Shown in pieces: positions 55,559 through 64,000 of a stretch of DNA of 64,000 nt; within the stretch, counting starts at the first letter, position 1; each line of letters begins with the position of its first letter. The notes under the pieces were generated by a model. The model was not told the DNA's origin. It saw only the letters and a program-made list of their open reading frames with translations, and made no database searches. Origin of the DNA: Eledone cirrhosa (taxonomy: Eukaryota). Where the stretch lies: the NCBI GenBank assembly GCA_964016885.1, contig OZ024751.1, positions 6,200,001-6,264,000 of the forward strand. Direction: 5' to 3'. A program made the translations under genes and the position numbers.

Positions 55559-55770
55559 GGTAAAAATAGACTAAAAATAAAAATAAGAACAAAAAGAACA
55601 AACGACTCACATACCCCCCCCCCCACACACACATATATATATATACATACATATACATAGAAATATGTATATATACACACACACAGATATACACACTCGT
55701 GCCTATATAAAATAAAAAGCTATATACACGCATACACATTTTGTTTTAAGTAGGCACTTGGGAATATATC

Positions 55771-55805
<35 letters not shown>

Positions 55806-55844
55806 ATGAGAGGTATAGAGATTGTTTTAGCGAGAAGCTAATGG

Positions 55845-55901
<57 letters not shown>

Positions 55902-55906
<5 letters not shown>

Positions 55907-56741
55907 TACACAATTATCACAGTTATGTTCAAATCATTTTATTGCTGACAATCGTTTCTTCCAAACTTTCGTTTCAGGTCATCGGAGCATTAGCAATGTT
56001 TGTACATATAATTAACCTCCTATTCAACTGAAAAACTCGCTGTAGAACAACTCTAATCCATGGATAAGAATACAATAATACCAATTTACAATCCATTGCT
56101 GTAACTAACTAAAAACATTCAATATAAACATTAACTAAAATATAATTTAACATATGTATTTGAAAAGATAACAATAACTTTGATACTCTCAACACATACA
56201 CATTTGAACACTACAGAAACAATCATCACATTACATCCACCATAAATTTTAATACACTAACACATTTGCTTGATATGCTTGCATACCTGTGTTATTTTAT
56301 GTGATACCTTTGCCATACAGTATTTATTCATGCCTAATACTTTTGCTTGTTTCCTTCATATATATATGACTAACGCATGTGTACTCTCTACACGCTTGCA
56401 TATGTACTGCTAGTGTCCTAATTCTTCCTCAACGCCTCTTTAATTATTAGACTATTCTCTTGTATTATCTGTCGCATGTATTCCACTCTGTGCTTTTAAC
56501 TTTAATTGGAATTATTGTACAATTCTTATATTATATATGTCGCATCCATTACACCCTGTAAATACGAAACTGTTGTTCACAACATCAATATATATGTATC
56601 TATATGATTGTTCAGTTGAATAGGAGGTTAATTATATGTACAAACATTGCTAAGGCTCCGAAGACTCCAAACTAAAGTGTGGAAGAAACGATTGTCAGCA
56701 ATAAAATGATTTGAACATAACTTTGATAATTGTGTAATTTA
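55902..56741. mobile_element. Inverted-repeat element with outward-facing HHR motifs (55943-55989 -, 56654-56700 +)
   Basis: Arms 55902-56030 and 56612-56741. The motif reads gct-CCGA(T/A)GA-stem II-GAAA-cgattg-tc-agc. Confidence 0.8.
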
Positions 56742-56881
56742 TATTCCTGCTCTGTAAAACACCTGATGTCCTTACATTGAGCTATCTCTCTTACTGCTAA
56801 TAAGGTAGTAATAAATTACTGACTTTTCCTGTTTATAGTTGTGTATAGTATAGTATATACATAACTATGAATAGTATCATT

Positions 56882-57001
56882 GGGCCTTTATGGTCTGAGT
56901 TCAAATCCCGCCGAGGTTAACTTTGCCTTTCATCCTTACGGGGTCGATAAGATAAAGTTCACTGGGTAATTGCTGGCCTTGTGCCAAAAGTAGAAACAAT
57001 T
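56882..57001 (+). mobile_element. 5'-truncated SINE
   Basis: Family B-box, core and tail. Confidence 0.88.
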
Positions 57002-57029
57002 AATATATATACATATATATATATATACA

Positions 57030-59134
57030 TTTGATAGCTACTGGGTTCGCAAAGTTAGACCTTCTAATTTTGATATTACTATGAGTTCTAATGACTCAGC
57101 GGAAGTAACAGATCTTGTGGGAATTTATATCACCCACAGACTATAGGGAAAATTCAAGGATCTCCACGGTGGAATCTACCGTGATGATGCGCTCCTATTA
57201 GTTAAGCATATGAATAACCAGAATTTACAAAGGATGCGTAAAAATATCAGAAAGCTTTTTAAGGAACTAGGATTAAATATTACATTTTAGTATAACCTCA
57301 AAGAGGTCAATTTTCTTGATGTTACTTTGAATCTTAATACAGATACGATTAAACCGTTCCATAAACTAAATGAGAACCTTAAATATGTAAATACGAGTTC
57401 TAACCATCCACTCTCTATAATTAGATCCATCCCTAGAAATGTTTCTCTTAGAATCTCCCGCCTGTCGTCCAACCAACAAACCTTCAAAGAACATGCCGAA
57501 TATTATGATTATGCACTTAGAAAAGCCGGACACCTAGATAATATCGAGTATATAGTCGAAAATCACCAAAACACTCAAAATAAATCCCATAGGAGTAGAA
57601 ATAGCACAGAATCACCACCATACATACACTACCGCAATAGACACAATAATAGTCGCACACCACCAAAGAGAAGGCGATGTAAAGAATATATTTGGTACAA
57701 CCCGGTCTATAACAACTCTATTAAGACCAATCTACCCTCACAATTCTTTCGATTAGTTAAAAAACACTTTCCAACATCACATAAATATAATAAAATCTTA
57801 AACCCTAACACTATTCGACTTTCATATTCAACCGCCCCTAATATTGAACAACATATAAAAAAGCTTAACGCAAAACGGTTGTATAAACGCCTTCTAACAC
57901 ATAACAATACACGTAAAACATTAGCTATAACATCACAAAACAACAAACAACATCCTGTCCTACCTAAGCAACCTCATCAACCCATCCATGACAATACAAC
58001 AACGCAAAATTATAATTGCAACTGTGTCCAACCAGGAATGTGTCCGGGGAACAATCAGTGTCTTGAACGCAACATCGTATACAAATGTACTATCGAATCG
58101 GATAGACAGAAGTGGTACTATGTGGGATCTACAGCCACCTCCTTCAAATCACGCCTTTATAGACATCGTTACTCGATAAAACATGAAAACCAGCGTTATG
58201 TAACAACACTCGCAGACAAGGCTTGGCAGCTGCGTGAAAATAACCAACAATTTCACCTTAAATGGGATATAATAGCAGCTGACCTCCATATACCCACGGA
58301 CAGGAATTTTGTAAATTATGTAATGTACAATTATTTTGTATTATGAAATCCAAAAACATTTTATTAAATAACAGAATAGAGCGATCGTTATACTGTAACC
58401 ATCGCTTAAAATCTATATTTTCCTATTATAAACACCGCCAGGATTGAACGCCCGTCTCTATCTCCGTTTGGTTGTCAAAATAGATATTAACATTCTCTAT
58501 TAGTCTTAATTCTATCAACTCTTCTATTATTTACCATTTAATATATATTTCTTTTAGCAGTTTATATTTACCATTTAATATAAACTGCTATAGATAAAAT
58601 GAGATTTCTGATTTCTTAATTCAATTCCCTAATGCACATACCAGCTGGCTAATAGCATTGATGTTATTCAGTAGCAATCGAAATCTCCCCCTTCCCCAAT
58701 TGACACTTTATAATTAATACTACTACACCAAATGACCAGCCCTGTCCACTGTCCAATTGGTCAAGTAGAGATTAAAATTGGCACTCCCAAAAATTCTTAT
58801 TTAGATAAAATGAACCATTTACTCATGGTATGCTCATTAGAAACCCTTTATATACTTGTTTAGCAGTAAATTGAATTAACATCTGTCATATACTATCCCC
58901 TCTCTTCTTCCGCTTTTACTAATATAAATACTTCAATTTTTCTGATTTTATCCAATTTATCCAAAATCTCTGAAGAAGTGACAACTGATTATACATTTGC
59001 TATCGAATACTTGCTAACATTATATGATTACGCAAGCAGCGATACATAGGTATTCCGTCTGTTACAGAAACATATGTCAATACCTAATAAATTCCTTTTT
59101 AAAAAAAGCACTTTCATTTTATATTCATCTTTTC

Positions 59135-59135
<1 letters not shown>
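57030..59135 (+). mobile_element. 5'-truncated Penelope-like element with a 3' HHR (58970-59078)
   Basis: WVRKVRPSNFDITMSSNDSAEVTDLVGIY, GIYRDD, and ORF 57327-58346 with CNCVQPGMC and NIVYKC...YVGST. HHR reads CTGAAGA-agtgaca...tgttaca-GAAA-catatg-tc. Confidence 0.9.
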
Positions 59136-59227
<92 letters not shown>

Positions 59228-59470
59228 TTTTCTAAGTGTACATATATGTTTATGGGTGGGTGTAACTGTCACCTCTGCAGGTGTTGGATGCCTTAGCTAA
59301 TATGCGTATGGCCGTGTAATTATATATATGCGGACACGTATCTATATTCACATAGGTTTTCTGTATAGGTATGTTCGCCGATATATGTACATAGATGTAT
59401 ATAGGTGTATATATATATATATGTGTGTGTATGTGTGTGTATATATGCATGTGTAAGTATACGTATGTGC

Positions 59471-59509
<39 letters not shown>

Positions 59510-59589
59510 TGCGTGATCGTGTATGTACATACGTCTATGGGTATATGTATATGTGTTTGTGTGTGCGTGTATATATATCTATTTATCTA

Positions 59590-59835
59590 GGGCGGGAAAA
59601 TTCCCGAGAGCCATGTACGAGGTCTCTCCAGCGGTCTCTGTTCCTCATTATCACTGCCATGTCCTGCGTCTCCAAGAGACCAGTGTCTGTCCTTAGGGCA
59701 TCAACATATGTTAACCTTGGTCTTCCTCTTCCAGTGTGTCCATGTAGGGGCTCCCACAGGAGCACTGAGTGCAGTGTCAACTCTGGATGTCGGTGGGCAT
59801 GCCCAGCTAACCTCAGTCTTCTCTGTTACTTTTGA
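59590..59835 (-). mobile_element. RTE-clade LINE 3' end
   Basis: RRLRLAGHAHRHPE...LLWEP.HG...RGRPRLTYVD...RDRWR. Confidence 0.85.
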
Positions 59836-59884
59836 GAGGTTGCTGTACAGTTCTGAGTTCTTCATCCTCAGTGTATACTGATTA

Positions 59885-59927
<43 letters not shown>

Positions 59928-60108
59928 TCTACATTTATTTATTTATTTATATATGGATGTGTGTATATTTGTGTATGTGTACGTATGTGTCTGTGCTTAA
60001 TGACATATATGCGTGTGTAGGTATGTGTATGAATGTGTCTATGTATGTAGGGGTATAGGTGATATATGAGTATATGTAGGGGTCTGTATGTGAATACATG
60101 CGTACCAG

Positions 60109-60170
<62 letters not shown>

Positions 60171-60175
<5 letters not shown>

Positions 60176-60530
60176 TAAACGGAATAGAAAATGCTGACAA
60201 ATTGTTCACAGTGAAAAATAGTTTAATTAGGAATAAATGAGAATTAGTAATTGTATTGGTTAGTATTCAGTTTTGGTTTTAAGTTTTACCGGTTGCGCAT
60301 TTCTAAATGCTTTTCAAAAATAATTTTGAGATAGAGCGTCCGTGATGTTTGCTCTGATCTGACGCTCTATCTCAAAATTATTTTTGAAAAGCATTTAGAA
60401 ATGCGCAGCCGGTAAAACTTAAAACCGAAACTGAATACTAACCAATACAATTACTAATTCTCATTTATTCCTAATTAAACTATTTTTCACTGTGAACAAT
60501 TTGTCAGCATTTTCTATTCCGTTTACCAAT
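60171..60530. repeat. Near-perfect ~170-bp-arm palindrome in (TA)n
   Basis: 60171-60339 versus 60361-60530, with only about 2 mismatches seen. Confidence 0.95.
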
Positions 60531-60571
60531 ATATAATAACTTGTGTGTTACACCTCTATTCTTTTAACTAT

Positions 60572-60667
<96 letters not shown>

Positions 60668-61029
60668 GGGTGTATGTATATATGTATATATGAATATATA
60701 TTTATACATGTGTATGAAACTCACGCAAAAGCCACAAATGAAAAACTAACATCACACCATTTACACCTCACACTCAACAATAAGAAAACTATAAAATTAC
60801 AAAATAGAACATTACGTTCAACTCCAATAAACAACAAGGCCACCTACCCCACTACCACCCCAGCACCCCACCTCAAACATCAATCCCCCCACTACCACCA
60901 CCTACATCACTCATACCACAGGAACAGTTAAGAAAATTCTCTTACACCTCTTACATCTGCAACCATAACAACATCACCCCAATAAACAACTGCAATGGCC
61001 ATAACTATACTCTTGTAATAATGGTAATA

Positions 61030-64000
61030 ATTATTTCCCTGCTGGCCAGCCAATGTACTACCCTAAGAGCCGGGCAACATTCCATGGACTTCCAATTCCA
61101 TGTGTAATGCAAGTATTTATTGCCGGAAGAACAAATAAAAATTAATAGAGAACACCAAATCGCTTGTCTTATGATTAATCAGGAAGCGCGTCCCTCAGGA
61201 ATGTTCCAATCTGAGAACAAAAATCCCCCTCTGGCACAAACTCTTCTCCGATGGTCACTTGAACGGGGATTGCTCCAACTCGAGCTCCCCAGATCCCCCC
61301 ACCCAAGCCACCCGCAAAAGAAAAATGTAAAAGGATAAAATGGACCCGAGAAGAGTATAAAGAAGTAATATATGCACATTACTATGCATTAAGTAATCCA
61401 TCACAAGACAGACACACTGCAAACTGATACAACATTTGGAAAACACTGAATCCCGCTAACAGACCTTATCTGGATGAAAAGTTAGCAAATGTTAGGAGGG
61501 ATATCTTCAGAAATAATAGACTCACAGATTCTGAAATAACTGAGCTCAAGCATGCTGTGGAGAATGACATAAATATAAGTCATGAAAGAACTGAAGAATT
61601 TCCTGGAGATAGTAACTAGTCTCAAGTCTTTACCGAAAGACCATCATCTGACCAAATCTCAAATAGAAGTGAGTATTCCTATTAATCCTGCTGAAAATAG
61701 CCAGGGATGGGTATAGAAACAGTACTTGAAGACCAAACTTTTGCTGAAGAACACAGAGAATCCATGAAGGAATTGAAACAGAAAATACTAAATGAGCTTG
61801 CAGTTGTAAGACAACTAGTATAAATGATAGAGAACCACTTCAAAATCTCCCAAATAGAATCCAAAATAAAAAAAAACAAATAACTGTTTTTACTTTAGGC
61901 ACAAGGCCAGCAATTATCCAGTGCATTACTGGTACTTTATTTTACGACCCCGTAAGGATGAAAGGCAAAGTCAACCTCGGCGGGATTTGAACTCAGATCG
62001 TAAAGGGACGAAAGTATGCTGGAAAGCATGGCGTCCGACCCTCTACCGATACTGCCAATCTACCGCCATAAAAAAAACAAATAATGATTGGTAAATACTA
62101 TAACAAAAGAAATAGAAGAATTAGAATCTGATCATACTGAGTTAAATGAAATCATTTATGCATCTGCTCGAGTAATTAAAACAAGTTGTTTACCACTAAA
62201 AAAACAAAGTCTAACTTGAGAAGTAAAGCAATTGGGAGCAGTCGAATTGAAAAGGAGATTGACTTATCTTTACTGAATGAACTAATTACTGGAAATGTTG
62301 TAAGATCCAGGAAGGGAAGAAAGCTAAAGGGAAAATATGAACATTCTTCTAGAGAATAAAGGAAACAAGAAGTCCAAGTAAAAGCCCAAAGAATTCGTAG
62401 ATTTGAGAAGCCAAACAACTTCTACAAGCAAAATAAGTTGTTCTCATCCAATGCCAAGTCATTGTATAAAGAAATAGGAAAGGAGAAAATAACTATTGAA
62501 GACCCTCCGTCCATAGAAGAAGTTGGAGTGATGAGGGTCACATAATGCTAATGTAGACTGGATTAGTCGCTTGGAAAAATTTTACACAAATTTACAAGAA
62601 CAAGCAAGGGGAGACATCTCTATAGCAGACATCACTCAATAAAGCTCATAAATGGAAATATCCTGATAGAGACAGGGTGCCAATTTTCTGGCTTTCCTCA
62701 CTCCCGTGCACTCACAATATATTAGTCAAGCTGTTCAACGGAATTATGAAAGATCCAAAAAATACACCTGACTGGATAGCAAGTGGCATTAACTACCTTC
62801 TCCCAAAGAACAATGAAACTAAGGATAAAAAATATAAAAAAGTATCGGCACATAACCTGCTTGACCACCACTTATAAACTATTAACATCTATTCTCATGA
62901 AGAAAGCATACGTGTTTTTGGAGGAAAACAATATTTTCTCCATTGAACAAAAAGTGTGCCAACGAAGTTCATATGGTTGTAAGGATCAAATCTTTATTAA
63001 TCCTATGATCCTTGAGAACTGTCATAATAAACACAGAAATCTCAGTTCTGCATGGATCGACTACAAAAAAGCTTTTGACAGTACTCATGCATTCTCAAAT
63101 CACTGGAAATCTTCAAAATCTCACCTGTGATTTCAAACTTCCTGAAACACAATATGTGATTGTGGAACACAAATCTCTAATTATTTCATTCCAATTGAGT
63201 ACTAAGTCCTAAGAATATAAACATCAACTGTGGCATTTTCCGACTTCACTTTTTTGTATAGCTTTAATACCCCTTACACCCAAACTTAATAGGACAAGGT
63301 ACGGTTACAAAATTGACAACAAGAAAATAAGCCATTAATTAATGGCAAAAACAAAAGGGCAACAGCAATTAGCATCAAAGTGGAAACAGAAACCTCTGCA
63401 TGGCAAATATGTGGCATGTGGCAAACAAGCTGATGTTGACCAAGGAACACCCATCAGTGGCTAAATAGCTTAGGGATAAAAGCAAAGCGTGAAGACTTCA
63501 TCTTAGCCCAAGATCAAATATTACTGACACGGAAATACCAGGCCAATATGATGAGAATGGAAGTAAATCCAAAGTGCCGATTCTGCAATGTTGAGGTTAA
63601 ACGGTGGACTACCTAGTTTCTGGATGTAACGTTTTAGCCCCATTAGAGTACAAATATAGACATGACAGAGTTGGCCAATATCTACACTGGGTAATATGTC
63701 GGCATTATAAAATCAAAGCTGCTGAAAAGCGGTACAATCATCACCCTGAGGCTGTAACTGAAGGAGAAAAAGTAACAACAGAACCATGAAAGCTAATAGA
63801 CCAGATATCATTGTAAATTACCAACATAGCAAGGTCTGTTTACTGATTGATATGAGCATCCCATGTTTTTACAATATCGTGGCAAAAGAATTCGACAAGC
63901 TAAGAAATTATAAAGATCTGTTTATTGAAATCGAAAAAATGTGGCACCCCACGCCGTTACGATACCAGCGATTGTGGGAGTACTGGGAATGATGAAGAAA
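61030..64000 (+). mobile_element. R4/Dong-like non-LTR retrotransposon, long decayed copy running off the window
   Basis: YRHITCLTTTYKLLTSI, GCKDQIFI, SAWIDYKKAFDS, YRHDRVG and ANRPDIIV..IDMSIP. An internal deletion at ~63335 removes the DD motif. Same family as 1357-2865. Confidence 0.88.
61882..62067 (-). mobile_element. Full-length SINE with TSD, inserted in the LINE
   Basis: ataaaaaaaacaaataa occurs on both sides. Confidence 0.9.

Noticed and set aside
57327-58346. 339-aa ORF as an intact gene
   Set aside because: It is the C-terminal part of a truncated PLE, with upstream stops and a terminal frameshift.
60171-60530. MITE / DNA-transposon interpretation of the palindromes
   Set aside because: The arms make up nearly the whole element, related copies fold at different points, and outward HHR motifs fit inverted PLE pLTRs better. 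A TA-targeting MITE is not formally excluded for this copy.
61038-61120. HDV-like ribozyme at the 5' end of the R4/Dong-like LINE (gggcaaca, hairpin, caa)
   Set aside because: A P4-like hairpin is present but I could not build P1/P3/P1.1 convincingly.

Overview
AT-rich eukaryotic (animal) DNA made up almost entirely of repeats. I found no recognisable host gene, rRNA or tRNA. The SINE families resemble those I recall from octopod cephalopods, so that taxon is an inference. The window holds decayed non-LTR retrotransposons (three R4/Dong-like copies, one GC-rich CRE-like copy with a PHD finger, and RTE and CR1-group 3' ends). It also holds five fragments of Penelope-like elements (PLEs; YRDD RT, CxCx5C linker, C-terminal GIY-YIG), about 16 tRNA-derived SINEs, two non-autonomous Helitrons, minisatellites and long (TA)n/(CA)n tracts. 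The main hidden structure is roughly 25-30 hammerhead-ribozyme (HHR) motifs from about 15 unrelated sequence families, counted by eye. They lie in tandem or fold-back units embedded in (TA)n, i.e. PLE pseudo-LTRs and non-coding retrozyme-like elements. One such element carries an unexplained ~200-nt GC-rich structured module. All five PLE fragments lack the same internal RT segment. All coordinates were read by eye, so ends are approximate.
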